From Calditrichaceae bacterium (GTDB taxonomy: Bacteria; Calditrichota; Calditrichia; Calditrichales; JBFXGD01): a stretch of 64,000 nucleotides of DNA. The stretch is taken from positions 1 through 64,000 of the forward strand of contig JBFXLE010000020.1 in the NCBI GenBank assembly GCA_050173015.1. The letters are read 5' to 3'. Shown here in pieces: positions 21,403-32,837 of this stretch (within the stretch, counting starts at the first letter, position 1; each line of letters begins with the position of its first letter). The notes under the pieces were generated by a model. The model saw only the letters and a program-made list of their open reading frames with translations. It made no database searches and was not told where the DNA came from. The translations under genes and the position numbers were made by a program.

Positions 21403-22368
21403 ATGCTTTTGACATCGAATTACAAGCCGCCGTTTTTTTTAAGTAACGGACATCTCCAAAGTATTTACCCGTCGTTATTTAGAAAATTTGATCCGTCATT
21501 GTACCGGCGACAGAGAATAAGCACTCCGGATGATGATTTTCTTGATCTGGATTGGTCGGAAGTAAATAGTGACTGTCTGGCTGTGATTTCGCACGGCATG
21601 GAGGGCAGCTCACACAGGGCCTATGTGATTGGTATGGCGCGCGCGCTCAATCATTATGGCTGGGATGCCCTCGCATGGAATTTTCGTTCATGCGGCGGCG
21701 AAATGAACCGGCAGCTCAGAATGTATCACAGCGGATCGACGGATGATCTTGATCTTGTCGTAAATCATGCCTTATCTAAAAAAAAATACAAAAAAATAGC
21801 GCTTATCGGTTTTAGCATGGGCGGTAATTTAACTCTGGTTTATCTGGGTCAAAAAGGGAATAATCGCGACCAAAGAATTCGGGCGGCGGTTGTGTTTTCC
21901 GTGCCGACAGACTTGCATTCGAGCTCAATGCGTCTCGGGGAACCGCAAAATATCCTTTATATGAAGCGCTTTTTACGTATGCTCCACAAGAAAGTTCGGG
22001 ACAAAATGTTGTTGTTCCCCGACCAAATTAATGACCATGATTTTCACCGCATAAAAAACTTTAAGGATTTTGATGACCGTTACACCGCGCCGATTCACGG
22101 GTTCAAAAACGCGGAAGATTACTGGTATAAATGCAGCAGTAAACTGTTTCTTAATGATATCAGTATTCCGACTCTCATTGTCAACGCGAAAAATGATCCC
22201 TTTCTCCCCCCGGCCTGCTATCCCGTGGAAGAGGTCAGGGATCATCCATCTATCTATCTGGAAATTCCGCGATCCGGAGGGCATGTGGGTTTTGTGTCTT
22301 TGAACAATGATCATTACTATTGGTCAGAAAAGAGGACGATTGAATTCCTGAAGTCCCATGTGACTTAG
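21403..22368 (+). CDS. alpha/beta hydrolase, YheT family
   Basis: HGMEGSS, GFSMGG, NAKNDPF, GGHVGF. Confidence 0.88.
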   Translation: MLLTSNYKPPFFLSNGHLQSIYPSLFRKFDPSLYRRQRISTPDDDFLDLDWSEVNSDCLAVISHGMEGSSHRAYVIGMARALNHYGWDALAWNFRSCGGEMNRQLRMYHSGSTDDLDLVVNHALSKKKYKKIALIGFSMGGNLTLVYLGQKGNNRDQRIRAAVVFSVPTDLHSSSMRLGEPQNILYMKRFLRMLHKKVRDKMLLFPDQINDHDFHRIKNFKDFDDRYTAPIHGFKNAEDYWYKCSSKLFLNDISIPTLIVNAKNDPFLPPACYPVEEVRDHPSIYLEIPRSGGHVGFVSLNNDHYYWSEKRTIEFLKSHVT

Positions 22369-22557
22369 TGATACAATTTCAAAAAGCATCTCTCCCGACG
22401 GCTAATATTTTCTAATCATAATAAGATTTTGTGAGAAAGCTGATATAAACATTTTGTTTATATTTAATGATTTTCTTGTTAAGTTCTTCTTTATACTGAA
22501 TACGGGTTCTAAAATGATCACTGCCGGTGTTGGAGTATTTAGATAATTAAAGGTGAA

Positions 22558-23910
22558 ATGATGAAAAAGATTCTGATTCTCGGAGCAGGGAAGAGTTCTC
22601 CCTATCTTATTTCCTATCTTCTCGAAAATTCAGCGAAATTTGATTGGTTTGTAACGGTTGGTGATAAGGATATCCGACTCGCGAAAGAAAGGGTTGGCGA
22701 GCATCCCCGCGGGAACGCGGTCTATCTCGATGTGAACGATTCGGGATTGCTGAGCCGGCAGATAAAAAATTCAGATATTGTGTTAAATATACTCGCGCCT
22801 GTTTTTCAGCATCTTGTGGCCTGGACATGCGTCGAACATGGCAAGCATATGATCTCGGTATCCTATACCGACAGCCGGATCAATGATCTTGAAAAAGATG
22901 CCCACAGGAAAGGGGTTATTCTGTTGACAGAAATCGGCCTCGATCCGGGAATAGACCACATGTCCGCCGCATCCATTTTAAATCAGGTGATTCAGAAAGG
23001 CGGAATAATCAAGAGTTTTGAATCGTACGGCGGTGGTTTGCCCGCGCCTGATTCAAAAGCGAACCCGTTTAATTATGTCATCAGCTGGAATCCCAGAAAT
23101 GTGGTTATGGCCGGTGAAAACGGCGCCCAGTATCTGAGAAACGGCAAAATAAAGATTATTCCCTATTACCATCTCTTCAGAAATTCCTGGCCGGTTGAAG
23201 TGGAAGGGATCGGAATGCTGGAGGCGTATCCAAACAGGGATTCACTGGCTTATCTAAATATGCCCGGTTTAAAAAACGTTTCAACATTGATACGCGGAAC
23301 CTTACGTTATCCGGGTTGGAGCGAAACATGGCTGCAAATTGTTCGGCTGGGATTACCCAACGAGAAAATGCAAATCCCAAACCTGAAAAACAAGTCGTAT
23401 GCCGATCTCGTGGAGATATTTTTACCGTCAACCGTGCCGGGGTCAAATCTGGAAGAACGTGTGGCCAACCTGCTCAATATCAGTCCGACCGGAAAAATTA
23501 TGGAAAATCTCCGATGGCTGGGGCTGTTTTCTGATGAAAAAATCGGTGTCGCTGTGGAATCTTCCGCTGAAGTGTTGATCAATTTAATAAGCAGAAAGCT
23601 GCATCTTCCTGATGACGCCAGGGATATGGTCATACTTTTTCACAGAATCAGAGCAAGATATCCCGCGGAAAAAAACCGGCAGGAGGAAATATTATCCACG
23701 ATGATTCATTACGGCGAAAAAGGAGGATTCACGGGGATGGCAAAGGCGGTTGGTTTTCCCGCCGCAATCGCCGCTAAACTGATCTTGACCGGGAAATTAC
23801 CGATAACCGGATGCTATATTCCGACCCATCCGGCGATCTATGAGCCTGTTCTTGAAGAGCTGTCGCGAAATGGATTTGATTTTCATGAATCCGTCAAGCA
23901 AATCAGTTAA
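22558..23910 (+). CDS. saccharopine dehydrogenase (glutamate-forming, Lys9/AASS-SDH-like)
   Basis: GAGKS, EIGLDPGIDHM, SYGGGLP, SWNPR, LEAYPNRDS, RGTLRY. Confidence 0.9.
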   Translation: MMKKILILGAGKSSPYLISYLLENSAKFDWFVTVGDKDIRLAKERVGEHPRGNAVYLDVNDSGLLSRQIKNSDIVLNILAPVFQHLVAWTCVEHGKHMISVSYTDSRINDLEKDAHRKGVILLTEIGLDPGIDHMSAASILNQVIQKGGIIKSFESYGGGLPAPDSKANPFNYVISWNPRNVVMAGENGAQYLRNGKIKIIPYYHLFRNSWPVEVEGIGMLEAYPNRDSLAYLNMPGLKNVSTLIRGTLRYPGWSETWLQIVRLGLPNEKMQIPNLKNKSYADLVEIFLPSTVPGSNLEERVANLLNISPTGKIMENLRWLGLFSDEKIGVAVESSAEVLINLISRKLHLPDDARDMVILFHRIRARYPAEKNRQEEILSTMIHYGEKGGFTGMAKAVGFPAAIAAKLILTGKLPITGCYIPTHPAIYEPVLEELSRNGFDFHESVKQIS

Positions 23911-23913
23911 GGC

Positions 23914-25230
23914 CTAAATTTTATCAAGGAAAGCCTGGAGGTACCGGTAATCTGGCGTCAGCTTTCCTTTGTGAGCGATTACCGCCCGTTTAAATTCCGG
24001 CGGAATGCTAAGATTTTCAAATGGGACATCGAAATCCGCTGAAGCCAGCTCCGGAATAAAGGGGAGTAGTGAATCGCCGAAGCCGGATGTCGCTTCTCCA
24101 GGCAGTTCGCTGGGAAGTTTATCCACGGCGAGAATTACAGGCCCGTTTCCCTTAAAGCCGTCATTAACGGCCCCTGTCAACGCATCATAAACATATACCG
24201 GATTATCAGATGTAGTCGTTTTGACATTGCATTCGATGGAACCTTCAATATCGCAGGTGATATCGGAAATCACTCTCAGGCCGGGATTTTTGACGCCTTC
24301 AAATAACATTTTTAAAGACTTTTTTGTGACAAGTTTGGGATATTTTTTTTCCCAATAAATACCGTTTACCAGCATGGAGATCGCCGGGATATATTTCTCA
24401 AAATCTCCCCTGTATCTCTCCGGGTTATTAATATATTCATCAAAATCAAATGTATCCTCCGGATTAACAGGTTTAGCGAACGCGTCCACATCAATGATGA
24501 CCGTTGTGATCCCGTTTCTTCTCAGGACCGACGGATCCGTTGTGAGTAATTCATGGGCCGAAACCCTTGCCGCCGGAAGCAGATCAAAAATTTCCTGCGC
24601 TCCCTGAGACACCTGACCGGTGCCGGTTACCGCGATAACCACAGGAAGTATCTCTCGCGGAAGTCCTTTTGAGCGAATAGTATCCGCCAACAGGTTTATA
24701 TCATTTATCGCGTCATCAAGGCTGTCATATTTTGTCGCCTGTTTAATCATTGAAAAAGGAGTATCCATACCCTCCGCTAAGAGTCGTTGTCCGTAAATCC
24801 ACAATGTATTAATGGCGCCTACGATTCCCGCGTATCTGCCAAAGAAGATAATGCGGCGGCCCATGTCATCAGTCACTTTTTCATAATCGATGAGGGTATT
24901 CTTCAGTTCAAGCATGCGTTTCAGAAGGGGCATATTATAGGACTGCCCTTTGATGGTGTGTGAAAAAAAGCAGTACGCCGTATTCTCGAATAATTCATCA
25001 ACTGGCACCTCTTTGACCCCGAGTATGATATTACAGTCAGATAGGTCATCTTTTAGTACAGCTCCCGCATCCTTATATTGGTTATTGGAAAAAATTCGCT
25101 GCTTTGACGGAGTCATGATGATGTCAAGCCCGGTATTTTCCACTAACTCCTTGATATGATCCGGCGACAATGGCGCTCTTTTTTCTGTCTGATCTATATC
25201 TTCCCGCCTGATTCCGATGCAATTCTTCAT
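23914..25230 (-). CDS. lysine-ketoglutarate reductase-like protein (AlaDh/PNT fold; AASS N-terminal domain)
   Basis: IGIRRED..EKRAPL, GVKEVP, FFSHTIKGQ.YNM, LIDYE, DITCDIEGSIE, VDKLPSELP. Confidence 0.85.
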   Translation of the reverse strand: MKNCIGIRREDIDQTEKRAPLSPDHIKELVENTGLDIIMTPSKQRIFSNNQYKDAGAVLKDDLSDCNIILGVKEVPVDELFENTAYCFFSHTIKGQSYNMPLLKRMLELKNTLIDYEKVTDDMGRRIIFFGRYAGIVGAINTLWIYGQRLLAEGMDTPFSMIKQATKYDSLDDAINDINLLADTIRSKGLPREILPVVIAVTGTGQVSQGAQEIFDLLPAARVSAHELLTTDPSVLRRNGITTVIIDVDAFAKPVNPEDTFDFDEYINNPERYRGDFEKYIPAISMLVNGIYWEKKYPKLVTKKSLKMLFEGVKNPGLRVISDITCDIEGSIECNVKTTTSDNPVYVYDALTGAVNDGFKGNGPVILAVDKLPSELPGEATSGFGDSLLPFIPELASADFDVPFENLSIPPEFKRAVIAHKGKLTPDYRYLQAFLDKI

Positions 25231-25579
25231 AATAAGCCTTTCCTGATTTGTCGGATCAAAGAATATCAAAACTATAAATACACTCTGAGGGATTTATAAT
25301 ACGGTTATAATATAGTTTTTTAGTATCTCTCAATCAAGAACCACATCTCTATCCGAAAATAGAATTTCTGTACTTCAGGGTTCGGTAAAAAACCTTGATG
25401 AATAAGTGATTCGGGGCGCGATGTGTCAATTTTATTTTGTTTAACAGAGTCCAGTTATTTATATTTGCATCATGTGATGTTCCTGATCAGGGTGTAATAT
25501 TTAATCCACCAAATCATGCAGGAATTTCTGGATGGAATTTTCAATCTGACCCAATTTTACCAGGAAGGTAATTTTTTAT

Positions 25580-26872
25580 ATGGAAACGTACGAGTACAAC
25601 GTTAAGGGATCACCACGCCAGGGATTGTTCGGAACAACCCTGGGATTTTTCTTTGGTTTCGCGGCTGTTTCTCTTTATGGGCCAACTGCGGTGAAATTTA
25701 AAGAAGCAATGGATTTAAGCCCGGCATTGCTCGGTTTTCTTGTCGCGATTCCCTCTCTATCCGGCTCGCTCCTGCGTATTCCCTTCGGAGCGTGGGTGGA
25801 TACCACCGGTGGTAAAAAGCCGTTTTCCTGGCTTCTCCTTTTGTCTCTGATCGGTCTCGGCGGGGTGACCTTTTTGCTCAAATTTACGTATCCCGGCCAG
25901 ATGCAGGGATTATATCCGATAGTCCTGTTTTTCGGGTTTCTGAGCGGCTGCGGTATCGCCACGTTTTCGGTCGGCATCGGACAGACATCCTACTGGTATC
26001 CGCAGAAAAAGCAGGGGGCGGCGCTAGGGATCTATGCGGGTCTCGGCAATTTAGCTCCGGGGATATTTTCACTGTTGCTCCCGGTATATCTAACCTATTA
26101 CGGTTTTATTTCCGCCTATTTTGCATGGTTTATTTTTCTGCTCATCGGAACAATTCTTTATCTGAGATACGGAACCAACGCTTATTATTTTCAATTCCGT
26201 CAGTTAAAATTGAGCGTGGCGGAAAGCAGAGAAAGAGCCCAAAAGCTCGGTCAGGAGATTTTTCCAACCGGCAATATGATGGACAGTCTGATCAATTCCG
26301 CCGTAAAGTTGAATACCTGGGCTTTAGTCGCGCTGTATTTTACAACATTCGGCGGTTTTATCGCGCTTACAGCCTGGTTTCCAATCTATTGGAGTCAGTT
26401 TCAGGGATTCTCGCCGGTAAAGGCCGGATTATTCACAGCTATTTTCTCAATACTCGCATCGCTTCTGAGAGTAGCGGGGGGTTCCATCGCGGATAAATCA
26501 GGCGGTGAAAAAGTGAGTCTTATCTCTTTAGTTCTGGTGCTGGTATCGGCTTTAGCACTGTCATTCACCGAAAGCATCGCCATCGGAATGCCCGCGGTTA
26601 TTATACTTGCCGCCGGGATGGGTTTTAACAACGCGGCGGTATTCAAACTCGTCCCGAATTATGTTCCGGAATCAGTCGGCGGAGCAGCCGGATGGGTAGG
26701 CGGATTAGGAGCGTTTGGCGGATTTGCCATTCCGCCGGTGATGGGATTTATTGCCAGTTCTTACGGCAATATAGGTTATGCCCGCGGATTTCTGATTTTT
26801 GCCGGTTTAGCGGTTTTAAATTTGTTTGTCATTCTGGCGCTGATGAAATCCCGCAAAAAAACGGTCGGCTGA
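25580..26872 (+). CDS. narK: nitrate/nitrite MFS transporter
   Basis: LLRIPFG, F.VGI....WYP.KKQG.ALG..GLGN, GGLGAFGGF; directly upstream of narG. Confidence 0.85.
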   Translation: METYEYNVKGSPRQGLFGTTLGFFFGFAAVSLYGPTAVKFKEAMDLSPALLGFLVAIPSLSGSLLRIPFGAWVDTTGGKKPFSWLLLLSLIGLGGVTFLLKFTYPGQMQGLYPIVLFFGFLSGCGIATFSVGIGQTSYWYPQKKQGAALGIYAGLGNLAPGIFSLLLPVYLTYYGFISAYFAWFIFLLIGTILYLRYGTNAYYFQFRQLKLSVAESRERAQKLGQEIFPTGNMMDSLINSAVKLNTWALVALYFTTFGGFIALTAWFPIYWSQFQGFSPVKAGLFTAIFSILASLLRVAGGSIADKSGGEKVSLISLVLVLVSALALSFTESIAIGMPAVIILAAGMGFNNAAVFKLVPNYVPESVGGAAGWVGGLGAFGGFAIPPVMGFIASSYGNIGYARGFLIFAGLAVLNLFVILALMKSRKKTVG

Positions 26873-26958
26873 CCGGAACATTATAGTCGAGATACCTGTA
26901 AAGAGTGAATTAAACAGTCATTATATAAATAAACTGATAATAATTTGAAAGTGCTATC

Positions 26959-29900
26959 ATGGGTTTGTTAAATAAGCTTATTTATTTTAGTAAGACGGTG
27001 GAGAAATCTCCAGACAAGCATAGCGTCACCGCGAAAGTGAGCAGAGATAACGAGCGGTTTTATCGCGGTCGCTGGCAACATGATAAAATTGTCCGGTCAA
27101 CACACGGGGTCAACTGCACCGGTTCATGTTCGTGGAAAATTTTTGTCAAGAACGGACTAGTTACCTGGGAAATACAACAGACGGATTATCCGGAAACACG
27201 ACCCGACCTGCCAAATCATGAACCCCGGGGATGTCCCAGAGGGGCAAGCTATTCATGGTATCTGTACAGCGCCAACAGAATAAAATATCCCATGGTACGA
27301 GGTACATTGGTGAAAGCTTACCGTGAAGCAAAGTCGCGTTTAAGCGATCCTGTCAAGGCCTGGCAGGATGTAATGGAAAGCAAGGATATAACTAAAAAGT
27401 ATAAGGCCGAAAGAGGTCTTGGCGGATTTATCCGCGCGGACTGGGAAGAAGCGACAGAAATGATCGCGGCCGCCAATGTATATACCATTAAAAAATACGG
27501 TCCGGACCGAATTGTGGGATTTTCTCCGATTCCCGCCATGTCGATGGTTTCTTATGCTGCCGGTACACGGTATCTTAGTCTTCTGGGTGGAACGATTCTC
27601 AGCTTTTATGATTTTTATTGCGATCTGCCTCCCGCATCGCCGCAGACATGGGGCGAACAGACCGATGTTCCGGAAAGCGCCGACTGGTTTAACTCTTCTT
27701 TCCTGATGTTGTGGGGATCCAATGTACCGCTTACCCGTACTCCGGATTCGCCGTTTTTTACCCAGGTGCGCTACAAAGGGACCAAGGCGGTGGTGATTGC
27801 CCCTGATTTTAATGATGCCGCCAAATTCGCGGATCTGTGGGTAAAACCAAAACAGGGAACGGATGCCGCGCTGGGTATGGCAATGGGGCATGTCATTCTG
27901 AAAGAATTTTATCTTCAGAAAAAGACCGAATACTTTGAAAAATATGTCAGGCAATATTCAGATCTGCCTTTCCTGGTGAAAATGGAAAAAGACGAAAAGC
28001 ACGGTTTTGTTTCCGGAAAAATACTGAGAGCTTCTGACTTCGAAAACAATCTTGGCGTGAAAACAAATCCCGACTGGAAACCGATTCTCATTGATCAGAA
28101 TACCGGAGATTTTTCCGTTCCGAACGGAACCATCGGTTCGCGCTGGGACAAAGAACAAAAGTGGAATCTGGAATTAAAAGACACAAGGACCGGGGCTGAA
28201 ATAATTCCGCTGCTTTCGGTAATCGATTCACATCAGGAAGTCATAGAGGTTGCCTTTCCCTATTTTGGAGGGCCGGCGTATAAACATGATCAATTCAATG
28301 CCACCGGGCATGATGATATCATTTACCGGAAGATACCGGTTCAAAAAATAAATACGCGGGACGGAGAAATCTACTGCTGCACAGTTTTTGATCTGCTCAC
28401 AGCAAATTATGGACTCGACAGGGGATTTGATGATCCGAACGCCGCGAAAAGTTATGATGACGATCTGCCGTACACACCGGCATGGCAGGAAAAAATAACC
28501 GGTGTGCCAAAAGATCAGATTATTACCATCGCCAGGCAATTCGCGGAGAATGCGGAAAAAACTAATGGCAAGTCAATGATCATCATCGGAGCGGGAGTTA
28601 ATCACTGGTTCCATACCGATATGATTTACCGCGGCGCCATCAATATGCTGATCCTTTGCGGTTGTGTCGGGCAATCAGGCGGCGGATGGTCCCATTATGT
28701 GGGGCAGGAGAAACTACGTCCGCAGACCGGATGGCTTCCGCTGGCGTTCGGACTGGACTGGAACAGACCGCCGCGGCACATGAACACCACATCTTTCTTC
28801 TATCTTCATACGGATCAGTGGCGGTATGAAAAAGTGAAACTGAATGAGCTTATCTCACCATTAGCCGACAAAGAAGCCTGGGATAAAAAGTCAATGATCG
28901 ACTGCAATGTATCCGCGGAACGCATGGGATGGCTGCCGTCGGCGCCGCAATTGGACGAAAATCCCCTAAAACTGGCAAAATAAGCTTCTGAAGCCGGGCA
29001 AAAACCGGAGGACTATGTCCTGCGCAAACTCAAAAGCGGTGATATATCCATCGCTTCCGAGGACCCGGATAATCCCAAAAATTTTCCCAGAAATCTGTTT
29101 GTCTGGCGGTCTAACCTGCTCGGTTCCAGCGCCAAAGGAATGGAATATTTTATGAAACACCTTTTGGGCGCTCAGCACGGAGTCCTGGGAGAAGATTTAA
29201 AAGCAGACGGAAATGAACTGCCTGCTGAAGTCAAATGGCACGATCAGGCTCCGCAAGGAAAGCTTGATCTACTTGTAACGCTGGACTACAGAATGTCCAC
29301 GACCGCTTTGCATTCCGATATTCTCTTGCCGGCGGCCTCATGGTATGAGAAAAATGATTTGAGTACCTCGGATATGCATCCGTTTATTCATCCATTTAAC
29401 AAAGCGGTGGATCCTGTGTGGGAGTCACGTTCTGACTGGGATATTTACAAAGGGCTGGCGCGAAAGTTCTCTGAGATTTCAAAGGGTCATTTGGGGAAAG
29501 AAACCGATGTGGTTCTGCTGCCGCTCCAGCACGATTCACCCATGGAAATGTCGGATACCACGGATGCTGTTGACTGGAAGAAAAAAGGTATTGATCCCGT
29601 TCCGGGAAAAAATATGTCGAAACTCATTACCGTTGAGAGAGACTATCCGGCGACCTATAAACGCTTCACATCATTGGGGCCGTTGATGACCAGTATCGGC
29701 AATGGCGGAAAAGGCATCAGCTGGAATACCGAAGAAGAAGTGGAATTTTTGAAAAAGCTGAATCATACCATCACTGAAGAAGGCGAATCAAAAGGATTGC
29801 CGGAGATCAAATCAGATATACAGGCAGCTGAAGTCATTCTTTCACTTGCCCCTGAAACCAACGGAAATGTCGCATTGAAAGCATGGAGGGCTCTCGAGTC

Positions 29901-30690
29901 AGTGACGGGCAGAAAGCACGAGCATCTTGCCGCCAACCGGTCGGATGAAAAAATCCGTTATCATGATTTGCTGGCCCAGCCGCGCAAGATCATCACTTCT
30001 CCAATCTGGAGCGGAATAGATTCTGAAGAAGTATCCTACAATGCGGGCTATACCAATGTGCATGAGCTGATCCCGTGGCGGACCATTACCGGAAGGCAGA
30101 CTCTGTATCAGGATCATCCGTGGATGCGGGCTTTTGGAGAAAGCCTTGTTTGTTATAAACCGCCGATACAAACCAAATCAGTGGATAAAGTACTTGATAA
30201 ACTGGATCCGGAAGATGAATATCTGATCATAAATATGATGACGCCGCATAATAAATGGACGATTCACTCCAACTGGTCTGATAATTTGCTGATGCTGACC
30301 CTTGGCCGTGGCGGTCCCGTGGTCTGGATGAGTGAAAAAGACGCCGCGAAAATCCATCTTTCGGACAACGATTGGGTAGAGGTGTTTAACCTGAACGGCG
30401 CGTCCGCCGCAAGGCTGGTCGTATCACAACGTATCCCTGAAGGCGCGCTTGTGATGTATCATAATCAGGAACGAACGGTAAATATGCCGGTAAGTCAGAT
30501 AACGGGAAACCGCGGGGGAGTGCATAACTCGGTCGAGAGGATCAGTATTAAACCGACTCATATGATCGGCGGCTATGCTCACTTATCCTATGGATTTAAC
30601 TACTATGGGACCATCGGCTCGAATCGTGATGAATTTGTAGTGATTCGAAAGTTAAAAAAAGTTGAGTGGAAAGACGAAGAAATCGGATAA
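26959..30690 (+). pseudogene. narG: respiratory nitrate reductase alpha subunit interrupted by one in-frame TAA (28981-28983)
   Basis: HGVNCTGSC, YCDLPP. Reading through the TAA gives ASEAGQKPEDY...DPDNPKNFPRNLFVWRSNLLGSS in the same frame up to 30690 (1243 codons). Confidence 0.88.
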
Positions 30691-30714
30691 TAAGCCTGAA
30701 AAGGACATAAAGAT

Positions 30715-32193
30715 ATGAAAATAAAAGCGCAAATCGGCATGGTGCTAAATCTTGATAAATGCATCGGCTGCCATACCTGTTCGGTGACATGCAAAAATGT
30801 GTGGACATCCAGACCGGGCGTGGAATACGCTTGGTTCAACAATGTGGAGACCAAGCCGGGAACCGGATATCCATCCGATTGGGAAAATCAGGATCATTAT
30901 AAAGGCGGTTGGGAGCTAAAAAAGGACACTTTAAAGCCCAGGATGGGGAATAAAGCAGGAATCATGAAAGGTATATTCGCCAATCCGCACCTGCCAAAAA
31001 TTGACGATTATTATGAACCCTTTACGTTCAACTATTCCATATTGCATAAACAGGCAAAATTTGTCACGCCCCCTTCAGCGCGTCCCTATTCGATGATCAC
31101 CGGAAAACGAATGGAAAAAATAGAGAAAGGACCGAACTGGGAAGACAATCTGGGCGGCGAATTCTCAAAACGCGGCAATGATAAAAATTTTGCAAACATG
31201 CAAAAAGAAATGCTCGGCGAATTCGAAAACGCGTTTATGCTGTATCTGCCCCGTTTGTGCGAGCATTGTCTGAACCCCACCTGTGTAGCCGCATGTCCGT
31301 CCGGCGCGATTTATAAACGTGATGAAGACGGTATCGTGCTTATTGACCAAGATCGTTGCCGGGGATGGCGTGAATGTGTTACCGCCTGTCCCTATAAAAA
31401 GACCTATTTTAACTGGCAGCAGAAAAAATCGGAAAAATGCACATTTTGTTATACAAAGATCGAAAACGGTGAACCGACCATCTGTTCGGAATCATGCGTC
31501 GGCAGGATTCGCTATATCGGTGTGATACTCTATGATGCCGATAAAATAAAGTCCGCGGCATCCGCCGATAATGAACAGGATTTATATGATTCCCATTTGA
31601 ATATATTTCTTGATCCGAATGATCCGGAAATAATCAAAGAAGCGCGGAAACAAGGTATCTCAGAGAGTTTCCTGAAAGCGGCGGCGAAATCGCCGGTTTA
31701 TAAAATGGCGATTGACTGGAAAATAGCTTTTCCTCTTCATCCGGAATACCGTACACTTCCTATGGTATGGTATGTTCCGCCTCTGTCGCCGATACAGTCC
31801 GCGGCTGATTCCGGAGCGCTGGGAGTTAACGGAATTCTGCCGGATGTGGATTCATTAAGAATACCCCTAAAATATCTTGCTAACATGTTTACCGCCGGCG
31901 ATGAAGCGCCGGTAAGCGATGCACTGAAAAAGATGCTTACAATGAGAGCATGGATGCGGAATAAAACAGTGGAAGGCAAAACGGATTTATCGATACTTGA
32001 AGAAACGGGATTGACCGTTGTTCAGGTCGAGGAAATGTACCGTTATTTGGCGCTGGCTGACTATGATGACCGGTTTGTGATTCCCACCTCGCCGAAGGAC
32101 CTCAATATGGATGCGTTCACAGACAAGGCCGAAACCGGTTTTGAAAAAGAGACCATTAGCCGAACCCTGAAAAATTTATTCGGCGGAATATAA
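30715..32193 (+). CDS. narH: nitrate reductase beta subunit
   Basis: NLDKCIGCHTCSVTCKNVW, LCEHCLNPTC, CRGWRECVTACPYKK. Confidence 0.97.
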   Translation: MKIKAQIGMVLNLDKCIGCHTCSVTCKNVWTSRPGVEYAWFNNVETKPGTGYPSDWENQDHYKGGWELKKDTLKPRMGNKAGIMKGIFANPHLPKIDDYYEPFTFNYSILHKQAKFVTPPSARPYSMITGKRMEKIEKGPNWEDNLGGEFSKRGNDKNFANMQKEMLGEFENAFMLYLPRLCEHCLNPTCVAACPSGAIYKRDEDGIVLIDQDRCRGWRECVTACPYKKTYFNWQQKKSEKCTFCYTKIENGEPTICSESCVGRIRYIGVILYDADKIKSAASADNEQDLYDSHLNIFLDPNDPEIIKEARKQGISESFLKAAAKSPVYKMAIDWKIAFPLHPEYRTLPMVWYVPPLSPIQSAADSGALGVNGILPDVDSLRIPLKYLANMFTAGDEAPVSDALKKMLTMRAWMRNKTVEGKTDLSILEETGLTVVQVEEMYRYLALADYDDRFVIPTSPKDLNMDAFTDKAETGFEKETISRTLKNLFGGI

Positions 32194-32195
32194 CA

Positions 32196-32822
32196 ATGAT
32201 CAAAACCTATAAAATACTGTCATTGCTGCTATCCTATCCTAATCAGGATGTAATGGATTTCATGGTGGAAATTCCTGAAAATTTATCGGAAGAAGGGATT
32301 TTAAATACCCGCCAGATTGATAATATTCAGAAATTCATTGACGCTTTTAAATCGGATGAAATCGAAACATGGCAGGAACACTATGTTCAGTTATTCGACT
32401 ATTCACGTGCGGTGTCGCTTCATCTTTTTGAGCATGTCTATGGCGAGTCGAAAGATCGCGGCCAGGCAATGGTTGATCTGATCAGTTTTTATGCTGAGGA
32501 CGGTCTGGAAATAAAAACATCGGAACTTCCGGATTACCTGCCGGCATTCCTTGAATTTCTGTCCATGACAAAAAACGAATCTGTCGCCTCGGAAGTCCTG
32601 TCGGAAATAGCGCATATCATCAGCAAGATACATGACAAACTCAAGGGCATGGACAATCCTTATCAGCATCTTCTGGAAGCGGTGCTTTCACTCTCCGCCC
32701 GCGAGCCTGATCCCAAACTTGTTGATTCTCTGAATCAGATGGAGAAACCGGTTGATCTGGATAAAGAATATGAAGAAGAGCCGGTCCGCTTCGGAGAAAA
32801 TAATAATTGTAACATTTGCTAA
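32196..32822 (+). CDS. narJ: nitrate reductase molybdenum cofactor assembly chaperone
   Basis: YVQLFD..SLHLFEH.YGES.DRGQAM, ELPDYLP.FLEF. Confidence 0.93.
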   Translation: MIKTYKILSLLLSYPNQDVMDFMVEIPENLSEEGILNTRQIDNIQKFIDAFKSDEIETWQEHYVQLFDYSRAVSLHLFEHVYGESKDRGQAMVDLISFYAEDGLEIKTSELPDYLPAFLEFLSMTKNESVASEVLSEIAHIISKIHDKLKGMDNPYQHLLEAVLSLSAREPDPKLVDSLNQMEKPVDLDKEYEEEPVRFGENNNCNIC

Positions 32823-32837
32823 CAAAAGAGATCTGCT

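Noticed and set aside
25270-25579. FNR/NarL sites upstream of narK
   Set aside because: No convincing TTGAT-N4-ATCAA or paired NarL heptamers seen.
28981-28983. Selenocysteine/pyrrolysine or genetic-code reassignment in narG
   Set aside because: The stop is TAA, not TGA or TAG, and TAA terminates many normal genes in the window.
29140-30690. Independent 516-aa gene
   Set aside because: It is the in-frame C-terminal part of narG and begins mid-motif.
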